64,000 nt of DNA from an uncultured Heliomicrobium sp. (GCA_964470555.1 CAYYDG010000002.1:81050-145049), one strand, 5' to 3'; shown: positions 1 to 10,194, counted from the stretch's first letter. Numbers and translations are program-made. The notes: a model not told the origin generated them from the sequence alone.

Positions 1-227
1 GTGGCTTTGATGATCTTGCGGTCTTCGATCTCTTTGGCCAGGTCTTCGCGTTTGAAGTTTTCCAATCGCGTCCACAATCCGACAAACGTAGCCGAAGCGA
101 GTTGGGCCTGCATTCCCGCCAGCCGTTCAACAGCGGCTGGAACTGACAGCTTTTCGCGCTTCAGCAACATTTGCCGCGCCAGCGTCGCGCGATTGAGTTC
201 ACGCAGATTCAATGTGCGAATGGCCAT
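1..227 (-). CDS. AlkZ/YcaQ-like winged-helix DNA-binding (DNA glycosylase-like, DUF1006) protein, N-terminal 75 aa only; C-terminus lies beyond the window start
   Basis: Minus-strand ATG at 227, no stop before coordinate 1. Translation MAIRTLNLRELNRATLARQMLLKREKLSVPAAVERLAGMQAQ... matches the N-terminal TLARQ.LL / QAQ pattern of AlkZ-like winged-helix proteins. It lies 4 bp downstream of the LarA-like gene stop, so it is operon-like. Not in the ORF track because it has no stop in the window. Confidence 0.45.
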   Translation of the reverse strand, partial: MAIRTLNLRELNRATLARQMLLKREKLSVPAAVERLAGMQAQLASATFVGLWTRLENFKREDLAKEIEDRKIIKA

Positions 228-230
228 AAC

Positions 231-1463
231 TTAAAACGCAATCAGCGAATCCTGCTCGTCAAACAGATTTACAGGTTTGCCGAGGATTTCGACGCGATCA
301 CGAATTTCTTCCAGCGCCGCCGCCGACACATACACTTCGCTGACGTGCAGCGTGTCTTTGATGCGAACTATTTTTTTTGGCTTGTGCGGATCGTGGCTGG
401 CGCGAATGCCCCAATCGAATGCTTGCCGGTCGTTGGCGGCGACTATCGGCAGCATGAAATGTTCATAAAAACCGCTGGTGACGCCGTTCATGTAAGTCGC
501 GTCCCAATCAATCTTGTCTCTCAACCTGCGAGTCGCCACATCCGCCAAACCTATGCCGCAAGCATTGCCGTGTGAAGCTTCGGTCAGGTCTGTGATGACT
601 ATGACTTTGACGCGCGGCGATTCGGCATCGTGTTCGCCTCGAATTCGCATGCGTCCAATGACGTTCGGATCCATGCCTGAACCGCTTATGTCTTTGCCGA
701 TCTGGTCAACGACCAGCACGTCCACATCTTCAATCGGCAAGCTGGGAATCATTTTTTTTGCTATGGCCAGCAACTGCGGTTCGCGCGTCAGAATCTGCGC
801 CGGAGTCATGGCTTCGATGATCGCAGTTTCGTCATAAGCGTTTTCGACAATGCCTACGCCGAGCAGAACTTTTCCGGTCGCCAATACGCGCTTGGCGGCT
901 TCGGGCATCAAGGTTTTCAACCCGTAGACTCCAAAGCGATGAATTTCCGACGCCAGTCGTTCTTTGCCCAATCCGATGATGCTCATTTTCATCAAACCGC
1001 TTTCGTAATCCCCGTGAAACGCCGTGTGCGGTTTGATGCGGTTGACCAGAATCACACCGTCAGATTCGTAAGCGTGTTTGTCCATAAACAGCGGTAATTC
1101 CAATCCACCGCGGTCCAGTTCGACGACTTCCATCGAAGAGCGCACCGGACAGCCCATCGCTGTTTCTGTGATGCCGTAAGACGCCAGAATTTCGCGCTGT
1201 CCTTCGCCCGTCGCTCCGCCGTGACTACCCATTGCCGGAACGATGAATGGTTCGGCTCCCTGTGCTTTGACGGCATCGGCCACCGCTTTGGTGATGCGGG
1301 CGATGTTGGCTATGCCGCGGCTGCCGGAAGCGATGGCGATTCGCGCCCCGGGTTTGAAGCGGACTTTGCCGGGATGAATTTGTTCGGCGACGGCTCGCTC
1401 GATGTCGGTGATGACCTGTCGCTCAAATTGCTGGCGGATTTTGGTGAAGAGGTAGTTGTTCAT
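231..1463 (-). CDS. LarA-like / DUF2088 (lactate racemase N-terminal domain) family protein
   Basis: 410-aa ORF. Gly-rich and His motifs (AMGSHGG, KPHTAFHGDYESG) resemble the nickel-pincer LarA family. No search was run. Confidence 0.5.
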   Translation of the reverse strand: MNNYLFTKIRQQFERQVITDIERAVAEQIHPGKVRFKPGARIAIASGSRGIANIARITKAVADAVKAQGAEPFIVPAMGSHGGATGEGQREILASYGITETAMGCPVRSSMEVVELDRGGLELPLFMDKHAYESDGVILVNRIKPHTAFHGDYESGLMKMSIIGLGKERLASEIHRFGVYGLKTLMPEAAKRVLATGKVLLGVGIVENAYDETAIIEAMTPAQILTREPQLLAIAKKMIPSLPIEDVDVLVVDQIGKDISGSGMDPNVIGRMRIRGEHDAESPRVKVIVITDLTEASHGNACGIGLADVATRRLRDKIDWDATYMNGVTSGFYEHFMLPIVAANDRQAFDWGIRASHDPHKPKKIVRIKDTLHVSEVYVSAAALEEIRDRVEILGKPVNLFDEQDSLIAF

Positions 1464-1527
1464 GTCGAGGTTTAAGAGGTAAGCGGACGTTTACAAGGTT
1501 GGTAAAGGTAGAGACAGCCCTTTTACT

Positions 1528-1761
1528 TTATGCTGCTGCAAGTTGAGACAGGCTCTCAAAATAGCGGCGGTGAGTTTGCCGCAACGCTGCTTCAGAAGCT
1601 GCCTCCAGAAGAATGACCTCATGCTCTATACCCAGACGATTCAATCTGAGTTCCATATCAAGTCGGGAACTTTCTGCTTTGTGTCGTTCAATGTCACTGA
1701 ATTTCTCGAACGTGACTATCTGACCTTCTTTGCGATTGTATTCAATTAGAAAAATCATCAC
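1528..1761 (-). CDS. small hypothetical protein, translationally coupled to the upstream RelA/SpoT-domain gene (candidate antitoxin)
   Basis: 77-aa ORF. Its start overlaps the stop of the 1758..2456 gene by 4 nt (ATGA). It shares the low-GC (about 42%) block with that gene. No recognisable domain. Confidence 0.4.
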   Translation of the reverse strand: MMIFLIEYNRKEGQIVTFEKFSDIERHKAESSRLDMELRLNRLGIEHEVILLEAASEAALRQTHRRYFESLSQLAAA

Positions 1762-2456
1762 TGTTTCCTCAGCATTTCTATGTTGTTAAGAGTGTCACGG
1801 AGTGATTCAAGCATACGCAATCTGACTAAATCCAGTTCTTCACGTAAATTCAAGTCTACTTGCGTCTCCAGTAGTTCCTCAGTGGCAATGATAGAAGATT
1901 GGTTGGTCAATACAGTTCGAGTGAATTCATCACCTCCGCCGTACTTTACCATCGGATCAAAAATGTCAGAAAATTTTTCAGATAGCTCCGCCCAAAGTTG
2001 TTGTAGCGCTGTACGAACCTGAACCTCGATCAATTTTCTGTCGTGTTTCACAACAACGTGAACAGCACGATAGCCGTGACTCGGTTGTTGGCGGCGATCA
2101 ATGATGGTTATATCTTCAAAAAGCCCACTGAGTGATTTTACGACTTCGTCTTGGCTTGTAATGTCCGCCACAATGATTCGGCAGCCTGCAATGTCTTGAA
2201 TTTGCGTCAGACGAATGCTTTCTCTGCGGAGCTTTTCGGTGATGGATGTCGTGGATTTCGCAGGACGGCCAGTCGGGGACAATGACAAGTCCTTCCTGAT
2301 TTTTTCAACGACGGATTCGTAAGCTTCAGAGTACGAACGGCGATATCGATCGAGCATTCGCAAATCATCTTCGCTGATGTTTCCTTTCTTCAGTCTGTCG
2401 CCCAGGCGATCAATTTGAGATTTCGAAATTTCTTCAGCCATATATCGTCTTTGCAA
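1758..2456 (-). CDS. RelA/SpoT-domain protein (small alarmone synthetase-like nucleotidyltransferase; possible toxSAS)
   Basis: Synthetase-domain signature ...IQDIAGCRIIV...HGYRAVHVVV...IEVQVRTALQQLWAE, with an N-terminal LGDRLKKG...LDRYR region. Low GC relative to flanks. Confidence 0.8.
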   Translation of the reverse strand: MQRRYMAEEISKSQIDRLGDRLKKGNISEDDLRMLDRYRRSYSEAYESVVEKIRKDLSLSPTGRPAKSTTSITEKLRRESIRLTQIQDIAGCRIIVADITSQDEVVKSLSGLFEDITIIDRRQQPSHGYRAVHVVVKHDRKLIEVQVRTALQQLWAELSEKFSDIFDPMVKYGGGDEFTRTVLTNQSSIIATEELLETQVDLNLREELDLVRLRMLESLRDTLNNIEMLRKQ

Positions 2457-2480
2457 GTGTCAGAAGAAGTGACATCCGGT

Positions 2481-3365
2481 TCATTTTCCGCTTCGCTCTT
2501 TCTGAAGCTGGTCGTTATAGCTCTTTTCAAACCCGGCGATGTAATTGCGAAAGCCTTCGGGATCAATAAACGGGTTGGTCTTGGGATCGGCGTTCATGCG
2601 CGCGACCTTCGCTTCCATATCGAAAAAGGGAGCATGCGGCCCCAAAAACACATCGCAGGGAAGCGATTTCAGTTTCTGAAACGATTTGGCATACGCATCG
2701 GCAATCGTCGCCCAGGTTGGGTTGTTGACCATCTTGACGCCGGGATTGATGGACATGCTGGCGGCAAAGACCACTTCGTATTTTTTGCCGTTTTCTTCAA
2801 CCGTCGTTGTCCAGGTGGTGTTGCCTTCGGTGTGTCCGGGCGTCAGATGCGCTCGCAGCGCGATGCTGCCCAGCCGAACGATTTCGCCGTCTTTGATGAT
2901 CCGATCCACTTTGACCGGTTTGAACGGATTGAGCGGATGAAAACCTTTGGTTCCGCCGCTTTCCAGCGCCAGCGCGTCCGCTGCCGAAGCAATGACCTGC
3001 GCGCCGGTGGCGGCTTTCATATCGGCGTGACCGGCGACGTGATCGAAATGCGCGTGGCTGGACAAAATCATGCGAACGTATTTCAGCTTGTAGCCCAGCG
3101 ATTCGATGTTGGCGCGAATGATCGGAGCCGATTCCTGCATGGCAGTGTCAATCAGCACGTAACCGGCAGGAGACGTAATCAGGAAACACGCCAGATTGTT
3201 CGTGCCGACATAATGGATGTTGCCGATGATGCGAAACGGCTTGAATGGTTGATTCCAAGAATCCAGCAGAGATTGTTGATCGTAAAGATTTTGAGTTTTT
3301 GCCGGAAGAGAAACGAACGCCAGACAAATGAAGACGACTGGAACGATCAGGCTGCGCCATTTCAT
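2481..3365 (-). CDS. subclass B3 metallo-beta-lactamase family protein (secreted)
   Basis: N-terminal signal peptide. HxHxDH motif (SSHAHFDHVAG) plus downstream His (TPGHTEG, GPHAPF), typical of B3 MBL-fold hydrolases. Confidence 0.75.
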   Translation of the reverse strand: MKWRSLIVPVVFICLAFVSLPAKTQNLYDQQSLLDSWNQPFKPFRIIGNIHYVGTNNLACFLITSPAGYVLIDTAMQESAPIIRANIESLGYKLKYVRMILSSHAHFDHVAGHADMKAATGAQVIASAADALALESGGTKGFHPLNPFKPVKVDRIIKDGEIVRLGSIALRAHLTPGHTEGNTTWTTTVEENGKKYEVVFAASMSINPGVKMVNNPTWATIADAYAKSFQKLKSLPCDVFLGPHAPFFDMEAKVARMNADPKTNPFIDPEGFRNYIAGFEKSYNDQLQKERSGK

Positions 3366-3508
3366 GGAGTGCTCCTTTCTGAAGCGATGACGGGTTGGAC
3401 AACGATTGAGTTTGCGGAAACGTGATTATGGATGAAGCTTACGACTCTTTTCCAGCATTTCAGATGTCGCGCGAAAAGAATTTTGGAATGAATGAAGAAC
3501 GATGAAGA

Positions 3509-3907
3509 TCAAGATTGACGACGTTGAATCAGGTCCCACAAGTTGCCGTACAAATCCTCGAAGACGGCGACCGTACCGTAAGTTTCCTCCTTCGGTTCGC
3601 GGATGAATTTGATTCCGAGCGAAATCATTTCTCGATAATCGCGCCAGAAATCGTCGGTTTGCAGAAACAGAAAAACGCGCCCGCCTGATTGGTTGCCGAT
3701 GAACTTCGCTTGTTCCGGTGTAGCGGCGCGCGCCAGGAGCAAGGTCGTTTCGCTCGATCCAGGCGGAGCGACCACGACCCAGCGTTTGTTTTGTTCGGGC
3801 TGATAAGTGTCTTCGACCAGTGTGAAATGAAGCTTCTGCGTGTAAAACGCAATCGCTTCGTCGTAATCGCGAACGACCAGTGCGATATGGGCAATGGATT
3901 GATTCAT
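3509..3907 (-). CDS. VOC family protein (glyoxalase/bleomycin-resistance fold)
   Basis: 132 aa with the typical VOC N-terminus (IAHIALVVRDYDEAIAFYTQKLHF) and C-terminal YGNLWDL. Confidence 0.8.
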   Translation of the reverse strand: MNQSIAHIALVVRDYDEAIAFYTQKLHFTLVEDTYQPEQNKRWVVVAPPGSSETTLLLARAATPEQAKFIGNQSGGRVFLFLQTDDFWRDYREMISLGIKFIREPKEETYGTVAVFEDLYGNLWDLIQRRQS

Positions 3908-3910
3908 GGT

Positions 3911-4312
3911 TTAACGAGGTTTTGCGGTTGCCAGCCCATGTCCGCCAACGGGTTCAGTCGTCGTGTTATTGCTGAATCCGGCGATCAAGGGCCGACCGCG
4001 CGTGATGGCTTGTTTGACAGAAGGCAATGACAGCGAAGCTTTATGGCTTTCCTGACTGTCCCAGACTTCAGTGATCCAGATGGCGTCGGCATCGGCGGGG
4101 TCTTTGGCTACGACGTAACTCAAACAGCCAGGCATTCCGGCAACGCCTTCCAGCAGAATCGAAATCAATTCGTCGCGTTTGCCCGCGACAGCGGTCATTT
4201 TTCCAATCAATCCGTACATCTTTTTTCCTTCCGTAAATGTATTGACAGGGAACGCTGCCACAACAGTTGTCGCTCCGGCCATCTCCAGAAAATCGCGTCT
4301 CTCAAGATTCAT
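3911..4312 (-). CDS. ABM-domain (antibiotic biosynthesis monooxygenase-like) protein with Tat signal
   Basis: N-terminal RRDFLEMAGATTVVAAF twin-arginine motif, followed by an about 95-aa ABM-like region. Confidence 0.55.
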   Translation of the reverse strand: MNLERRDFLEMAGATTVVAAFPVNTFTEGKKMYGLIGKMTAVAGKRDELISILLEGVAGMPGCLSYVVAKDPADADAIWITEVWDSQESHKASLSLPSVKQAITRGRPLIAGFSNNTTTEPVGGHGLATAKPR

Positions 4313-4395
4313 GACTTTCGTCCTTCAGTCGAATCTGAAGTTGGCGTAACAAAAGCCGGATCAAAGGGGCAATAACCGGCTGGTTGCTTTCAGGA

Positions 4396-5220
4396 TCAGA
4401 AACTGATTTCTTCAATCACATCCAGATTGAGCGTAACGCCAGTGGGAATTTCGTTGTCATCCAGTTCGCTCAAATCTCCTGGCGTTTCGCCACGTTCGCA
4501 TAATGAACGATAGGCGCAAAATCGGCAGCGACGTTCCACCGTCGTCAACTCAAAGCGTGAACTGGCCGTGATTTCCTGCAACAATGATGTCAAACGCGCC
4601 TCGGCCTGTTGCAATGTCTCCGCGGTTTGAAGAAATTCGACCGTTTCGCCGGTTTCGGCAAACCAATATACGAACCGAATTCGTTCCGGCGGAATCGGCT
4701 TGTTGCCGTTCAACCAACCGCCCGCTTTGGCCAGCACAAACGGATAGACCAGCGTCTGCATACGATTGGCCAGCCAATCCCGTTTTTGCGGGCGACCGGT
4801 TTTCCAATCCACGATCAAGACGGTTTCGTCGGCGAGTTTGGCGACGACATCGTATTTGGCCATCAACATCCATTCGCCAATCGAAGCCGTCAGCGTCAAT
4901 TCGGGATACCGTTCGGCGGGAAGGTTCGCCGTTTGCCAGTTCAAATACCGTTGCCACCAGACGCGCAATTCGTCGTCAGTAATGGTCGGCGTCAGCGTTT
5001 CCGCCGGAACGCCCAGCGCATGTTGATGCGCCAGATGATGAAACGCCTGTCCCTGTTGCTGGCCGGCTTCGTATTGCAACGCCTGCGCGGTTTCCTGCGC
5101 CGGCCAGCGCACATCAAGCAAATACCGCAATTCAAACCGGCGCGGACAATCTGCGTAATCCTGCAACGCGCTCTGGCTGAAGACGAATTCGTCAAACCGG
5201 CTGTCTTGATTATCGGACAT
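4396..5220 (-). CDS. PD-(D/E)XK nuclease family protein, Cas4/AddB-like with 4-Cys Fe-S cluster motif
   Basis: N-terminal Cys ([12 protein letters not shown]) plus C-terminal [10 protein letters not shown] (C-x2-C-x5-C), the Cas4/AddB iron-sulfur arrangement. Core ...VDWKTG...K... nuclease motif. Overlaps the upstream helicase gene stop by 11 bp. Confidence 0.75.
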   Translation of the reverse strand: MSDNQDSRFDEFVFSQSALQDYADCPRRFELRYLLDVRWPAQETAQALQYEAGQQQGQAFHHLAHQHALGVPAETLTPTITDDELRVWWQRYLNWQTANLPAERYPELTLTASIGEWMLMAKYDVVAKLADETVLIVDWKTGRPQKRDWLANRMQTLVYPFVLAKAGGWLNGNKPIPPERIRFVYWFAETGETVEFLQTAETLQQAEARLTSLLQEITASSRFELTTVERRCRFCAYRSLCERGETPGDLSELDDNEIPTGVTLNLDVIEEISF

Positions 5221-7417
5221 CGTCGTGGCCTCCGTTGATTTTGGCGTTCAGGTGCGCCAGCGGACGGGCAGGGAACAGGTCGGCTTTTTTGCCCGTGTTC
5301 CAGGTGACGATCAATTCGCGTTTGGCGCGCGTGATGCCAACGTAAAGCAATCGCAAACGTTCGGAGCAATACTCTATGCGCGCTTGTTCGCTGGCTTCGC
5401 CTTCGCGGTAGGCATCGCCGGTTTTCAAGGCTTTCAACTGCGCCAGAGCTTCGGCGCTCAGATTCAAGTTGTCGCGCGCAAAGTAACCCTCGCTTTGAAA
5501 TTGGTCGTTGGCGTCCATCGAAGGGAAATCGTAATTGTTGACCGACATCAGATAGACGCGATCCCATTCCAATCCTTTGGCTTTGTGATGCGTGATGACG
5601 ACGGCCTGCCCTTTGTAGCTGGTCGGATCGAATTGGTCGTCGTCTTCGCCCAGGCCCGTGAATTTGCGATTGTTGCGAACGATCTGGCCGAGTTCGACCA
5701 CGCAATCCGGCAAACGAAATTCGGGGTTGGTTTCGACAAAGCTGCGCAAATGAACGGCGATGCTGTACGCCGTGGCGATTTCGGCGGGTTCTTTGAACAG
5801 GTCGCTGCCGATCGTCAACACCAGTTGATCAATCGGCAACAGCGCGGCGTTTTGCCATCGCTGCACACAAGCGCGAAAACGTTCCAGCGTCTCGAACTTT
5901 TCCGGTTCGCTCGACGCGTTGCGCGCATCCAGCAACCAGTCTTTGTCGCGCGGAGCCGTGAACTGTTCCACCTGTTTCAGCTTTTTCAGTTGATTGATGG
6001 CTTCGGTCATTTCCGCCGAATCGCGTTCGTCGCGCAAAAACACTGAAAAAGCCTTACTGAGTTTTCCGGCGTCGGTTGGCGAAGCCAGAAAGTCCGCCAG
6101 GTGAAAAAGCGCGCGGGCGACTTCGCGTGTGGAAGTTGTGGTTCGCAAGACTTCGACGTGCGGAATTTGCAGCGACTGCAACAACTCGCCCATCTTTGCG
6201 CCGTTGGCGTTGGTGGGCAGCAACAGCGCCACTGTGCTTTCAGGATTTTTCTGAAGCCACGCGCGAACGGATTTGGCGACGTCTTCGCGTTCTTTTTCGG
6301 AGCTTCGTCGTTCGTCGAACATGAACTTGACGTTGTTGTCAGTGTCCGGCGGGTTGTTGTCGGCAGCTTGAATAAACGGCGGAGCAAGAGGCTGTTTCGC
6401 GCGAATTTGAGCGTTCGGATGTTTCAATGACCAGCGAATCAGATGGTTTGCCGTGTCAATGATGCGTGGCGCGCTGCGTCCGCTTTCGGGCAATTCACGC
6501 GCAACCACGCCGGATTCCGTCAAAAAGTTTCGCAAGTAATCCGGGCTGGCTGTCGTGAAGGTTTCGTAAATCGCCTGGTTCGGATCGCCCACACGAACCC
6601 AGTTTCCGGCTTCACCGGCCAGTTTCCGCAAAATCTGTTCTTGCAACTGACTGCTGTCCTGCGCTTCGTCTTCCAGAATGTACGGCCAGCGATGTTGCAA
6701 CGTCGCCAGATAATCGGGCGATGCTTCCAGCACATCCAGCGCCAGACGAATCAAGTCTTGAAAATCCACTCCGCCACGATATTGCAACGCTCGTTGGTAG
6801 GATTCGTAAACGTTGACGCACATTTCCGCCAACGGCAGCGATTGCCTCGTAGCCGTAAGCTCATCGTGAAGTTCGCCCGGACGCCAGCGAAAGTCTTTGG
6901 CTTTCTGAATCACTTCCAGCGCGATGTCCGTAGCCTTTTCTCGCCACTGCCAACGCGATTTGTCTTTTGCTTGATGATCCGGACTCAAATACTCTTCCAC
7001 GCCGAATTCACGGTGTGCGCTGAACCACGCGGCGACGGCGTCGGTGATGATGGCTTTGGCTTCGAACTCATCCACGATCTGAAAATCATCCGCCAATCCG
7101 ACCAGGCCCGGTCGTTCACTGACGATGTCGTTGGCCAATCCGTGCAATGTGCGAACTCGATAGAGCGTGCCCAGATTGCCTTCGCCCAAAAAGCCGCGCA
7201 CGGTTTGATCGAATTTGCTGCGCGCGGAATTGACCAGCGTGACAATCAGAATTTGCTGGCCGCGTTGCAAATTGGCTTCGCGGACGAGCTTGGCGGCCAG
7301 CGCCGACAACGTAGTCGTTTTGCCGCTGCCCGGCACAGCCGACACACCCATCTTGCCGCCGGAGTATTCCAGCACGCGAGCCTGGCTTGGGCGCGGTTTG
7401 AAATTGAGTTCAGGCAT
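5210..7417 (-). CDS. UvrD/Rep-type superfamily I DNA helicase
   Basis: Walker [30 protein letters not shown] and [13 protein letters not shown] motifs in UvrD order. 735 aa. Confidence 0.85.
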   Translation of the reverse strand: MPELNFKPRPSQARVLEYSGGKMGVSAVPGSGKTTTLSALAAKLVREANLQRGQQILIVTLVNSARSKFDQTVRGFLGEGNLGTLYRVRTLHGLANDIVSERPGLVGLADDFQIVDEFEAKAIITDAVAAWFSAHREFGVEEYLSPDHQAKDKSRWQWREKATDIALEVIQKAKDFRWRPGELHDELTATRQSLPLAEMCVNVYESYQRALQYRGGVDFQDLIRLALDVLEASPDYLATLQHRWPYILEDEAQDSSQLQEQILRKLAGEAGNWVRVGDPNQAIYETFTTASPDYLRNFLTESGVVARELPESGRSAPRIIDTANHLIRWSLKHPNAQIRAKQPLAPPFIQAADNNPPDTDNNVKFMFDERRSSEKEREDVAKSVRAWLQKNPESTVALLLPTNANGAKMGELLQSLQIPHVEVLRTTTSTREVARALFHLADFLASPTDAGKLSKAFSVFLRDERDSAEMTEAINQLKKLKQVEQFTAPRDKDWLLDARNASSEPEKFETLERFRACVQRWQNAALLPIDQLVLTIGSDLFKEPAEIATAYSIAVHLRSFVETNPEFRLPDCVVELGQIVRNNRKFTGLGEDDDQFDPTSYKGQAVVITHHKAKGLEWDRVYLMSVNNYDFPSMDANDQFQSEGYFARDNLNLSAEALAQLKALKTGDAYREGEASEQARIEYCSERLRLLYVGITRAKRELIVTWNTGKKADLFPARPLAHLNAKINGGHDDVR

Positions 7418-7455
7418 TTAGGAGCAATTCATGAATAAAATTGCCAAACTGTTTT

Positions 7456-7530
7456 TACCGCAGAGGTGGCGCAGAGTTTTTTGCAGAGTCTCTGCGCTTC
7501 CTCTGCGTTCTCGGCGTCTCTGCGGTGAGA
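7456..7530. repeat. REP-like nested palindromic intergenic repeat, family 1 (CGCAGAG/CTCTGCG arms), copy A
   Basis: ccgcagagg...gcgcagag...ctctgcgc...cctctgcg...ctctgcggtgagataaaag. Related copies at 38499..38556 and 62513..62600 end in the same ctctgcggtga(R)A(R)AG. Confidence 0.6.
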
Positions 7531-7548
7531 TAAAAGAATTACATCAAT

Positions 7549-8532
7549 CTATCCCTTACTTTTTGGCTTTTCTTCGTCGTCAATCAGCTTGCACTTGTTT
7601 TTGAAGTTCATCAGCTTGGCTCTGACCAGGCCCGAAGAAGTTTTCGCTTCCAGCTTCAGCGGAATGTGCAACTTATCGTCGGTCATCCACATGGTCATCG
7701 TTCCGGGGCGGGAGAAAAGTTGTCCCGGACCAAACAGCTTCGGTTCGATTTTGATGGTTTTGACTTTGCCGCAATCGGTTTTCAGTTTTTCCGATTTGCC
7801 GACCAAGATGTCGAATTGGAAATTATCGCCGTCGTCATTGACCGGAAACCGAATCAACTGGCCTTCTTTCAGCTTTTGCAATCGCACGAAATAAAACGCC
7901 GACAGCAAGTCCAGCATGCCGTCTTCGCGCACGGCGGATTTTTCTTTCGGCGCAGTCTGTTTGTTGTTCAGATCGTTGACAGTGAATTTGACGGTTTTGT
8001 CAGCGACGTCGAACAAAGCCGTTTGCGCCAGATGCTTTTTGCCTTCCTTGAGTTCCTTGAAGCCAATGCGCGCGGAAAAATCCTGTACGTTGACCAGCGT
8101 TTCAAACCGATCTTTGACATCCACGCCGGCAATGGCGATCAACATGCCTTTGGAAATGGCTGACGCTCGCAAGCGGAAAAACTGATCTTCCGGCGCAGGT
8201 TTGAATTCGACATTCAAGCCGTTGATCGCCGGTTCGGCGGAACCGTTTCCTTCGACAGAGTTGAATTTGGCTTCGCCCAGAAATTCAAACGTGACGATGC
8301 CGACGGTCGCGTAAATCGGAAAACGCGAAAAGCGAACTTCGTATTCCAGCTTTTCGCCAATGGGAATAGGGAAGCCATTGGGAAAGCTTCGCTGCAAAGT
8401 CGCCCGTGGCAGTTTGTCTAACGGTGTCGAGGGCGACGAAGGCGCAGGCGGTTTGGCTTCTTCTTGTTGCGCCGAAGAATTGCCCGCCAGCAGCAACAGC
8501 GTTATTCCGAAAACTAAAATCAATCGCTTCAT
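7549..8532 (-). CDS. secreted hypothetical protein (signal peptide; possibly DUF3108-like)
   Basis: 327 aa. N-terminal MKRLILVFGITLLLLAGNSSAQQ signal sequence. Mostly beta-rich composition. Confidence 0.5.
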   Translation of the reverse strand: MKRLILVFGITLLLLAGNSSAQQEEAKPPAPSSPSTPLDKLPRATLQRSFPNGFPIPIGEKLEYEVRFSRFPIYATVGIVTFEFLGEAKFNSVEGNGSAEPAINGLNVEFKPAPEDQFFRLRASAISKGMLIAIAGVDVKDRFETLVNVQDFSARIGFKELKEGKKHLAQTALFDVADKTVKFTVNDLNNKQTAPKEKSAVREDGMLDLLSAFYFVRLQKLKEGQLIRFPVNDDGDNFQFDILVGKSEKLKTDCGKVKTIKIEPKLFGPGQLFSRPGTMTMWMTDDKLHIPLKLEAKTSSGLVRAKLMNFKNKCKLIDDEEKPKSKG

Positions 8533-8542
8533 AATGACAACT

Positions 8543-9115
8543 TTAGAAGACTTTGGCGGCTTTCAAAATCAAGACGACAAAGACCAGACCCAAACCGATC
8601 AACGCGCGCCATTCGCGGTGATGGTTGTACCGGTTGAAATCGAAACTGCGAACTTGGCCGGATTGATAAGGCGTCAAGCGCGGAAAAAACAGCGGCACGT
8701 TTGCCGACCAGCGCGCATACGCTTCGCCAAAGAGCGTTTGCATGTGAGCGGCTTCAGCTTGCATCACCGGCCAGTAAATCGCCAGAAAGAATGCAATCAG
8801 CCAGACGCCAATCCACCAACTGCCGCCCGCAACGGCGCAGCCCGCCGCCATCACGAAGCTGCCAAAATACAGTGGATTGCGTGTGTGCGCATACGGGCCG
8901 CTCGTTGCCAGTTCGGCGTTTTTTCGCAGATGACCGGACGCCCACGCGCGAATCAACGCTCCCGCCAAGGCCAGCGGAATCCCTACGGCCAGCGACGGCC
9001 AGCTTGGCCGCGAAAAAACGGCGAACAAAATCGCCGTCACAAATCCGATGGGCACACGCAACCGTTGCAAGGTCGCACGCCAGTTGAAATCCAGAGTTTG
9101 CTGATTTTCGTTCAT
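8543..9115 (-). CDS. isoprenylcysteine carboxyl methyltransferase (ICMT)/phospholipid methyltransferase family membrane protein
   Basis: Multi-TM protein with a [13 protein letters not shown] motif, characteristic of ICMT/PEMT-family methyltransferases. Confidence 0.7.
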   Translation of the reverse strand: MNENQQTLDFNWRATLQRLRVPIGFVTAILFAVFSRPSWPSLAVGIPLALAGALIRAWASGHLRKNAELATSGPYAHTRNPLYFGSFVMAAGCAVAGGSWWIGVWLIAFFLAIYWPVMQAEAAHMQTLFGEAYARWSANVPLFFPRLTPYQSGQVRSFDFNRYNHHREWRALIGLGLVFVVLILKAAKVF

Positions 9116-10194
9116 AAATTCGCTGATAAAACTGGAAGCTCCTGCTTCTCAATTCGCAATCGTTTTGTCACCGCCTGCCACACTTGCTCGACGGGAAGCT
9201 TCATGCACGACGTGTGGCTGCAATAACGGCGATAACAATCCGTGCGGCAATCCAGATCGAAGCGTTCAACAACTACGTCGTCTTTGGCAAACGGCCCGTT
9301 TCGCCGCGCCGAAGTCGGCCCGAACAACGCCACAATCGGAGTTCCCGCCGCCGCCGCCAAGTGCATTGGGCCTGTATCTCCGCCGAGAAACAACTTCGCC
9401 CGCCGCGCCAGCGCCAAAAATTCCTTCAACGTCGAAGCCAGCGGAAAGGCCGCGCCGGTTTTGCTTTGCGCGACGACCATTTGCGCCAGCGTCAATTCGC
9501 CAGGGCCGTAAGTGATCGCCGAACGAATGCCGAATGCCTGCCACAGGCGGTCGGCAATTGCCGCGAATTCCGATGTGTGCCAGAGCTTGGTCGGCCATCC
9601 GCCTCCGGGATTCAAAATCGCCAGTGCGCCATTGTTCTGTTTCAACTGTTCGGCGGCAAATTGTTCGTCGCTGCTTTCCAGTCGGATCGGAAACTCAAAT
9701 TCGCCCGTTATGTCGCAACCCAAATGTTCGACCAGCCGCAAATTCTTCTTGATAACGTGGTCGTGGTCATCGGCGGAAACGTGTTCCGTGGTTAACCAAC
9801 GACTGGCCGATTCTCGTAACACGTCTTTGGCAAATCCGATACGGCGGGGAATGCGCGCCAGCCACGCCACCGCCGCTGATTTCAACAGCCCCTGAAAATC
9901 CAGCGCCAGATCGAATTTCGCCGCACGCAATTGCGCCAGACTGGCGTGAATTGCCGCTCTCGTTTCCGTCGCCTTCCAATTCTTCCGCCAGCCGCGCAAA
10001 TCCAGTTCGATCAATTCGTCCAGGTATGGATTGCCTTGCAGCAGTTTGGCTGCGCCGCCACGTTCAATCGCCCAACTCAGATGCGCCGCAGGCATTGCGC
10101 GCCGCAACGCCGCCAGCGCTGGCAAAGTGTGAATCACATCGCCAATGGCTCCGAGCCGGACGATCAGGATTTTTGATTGCTGTTGATGACCCAT
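9112..10194 (-). CDS. glycosyltransferase family 9 protein (ADP-heptose:LPS heptosyltransferase-like)
   Basis: N-terminus [28 protein letters not shown] is the GT9 heptosyltransferase signature. Overlaps gmhB upstream and the ICMT gene downstream, so operon-like. Confidence 0.8.
   Translation of the reverse strand: MGHQQQSKILIVRLGAIGDVIHTLPALAALRRAMPAAHLSWAIERGGAAKLLQGNPYLDELIELDLRGWRKNWKATETRAAIHASLAQLRAAKFDLALDFQGLLKSAAVAWLARIPRRIGFAKDVLRESASRWLTTEHVSADDHDHVIKKNLRLVEHLGCDITGEFEFPIRLESSDEQFAAEQLKQNNGALAILNPGGGWPTKLWHTSEFAAIADRLWQAFGIRSAITYGPGELTLAQMVVAQSKTGAAFPLASTLKEFLALARRAKLFLGGDTGPMHLAAAAGTPIVALFGPTSARRNGPFAKDDVVVERFDLDCRTDCYRRYCSHTSCMKLPVEQVWQAVTKRLRIEKQELPVLSANL

Noticed and set aside
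4992-5705. 237-aa Arg-rich minus-strand ORF
   Set aside because: Alternative frame overlapping the helicase 3' end and the nuclease start. Low-complexity R-rich translation, a frame artefact.
8360-9226. 288-aa plus-strand ORF
   Set aside because: Antisense across the DUF3108-like, ICMT and GT9 genes. No motifs.
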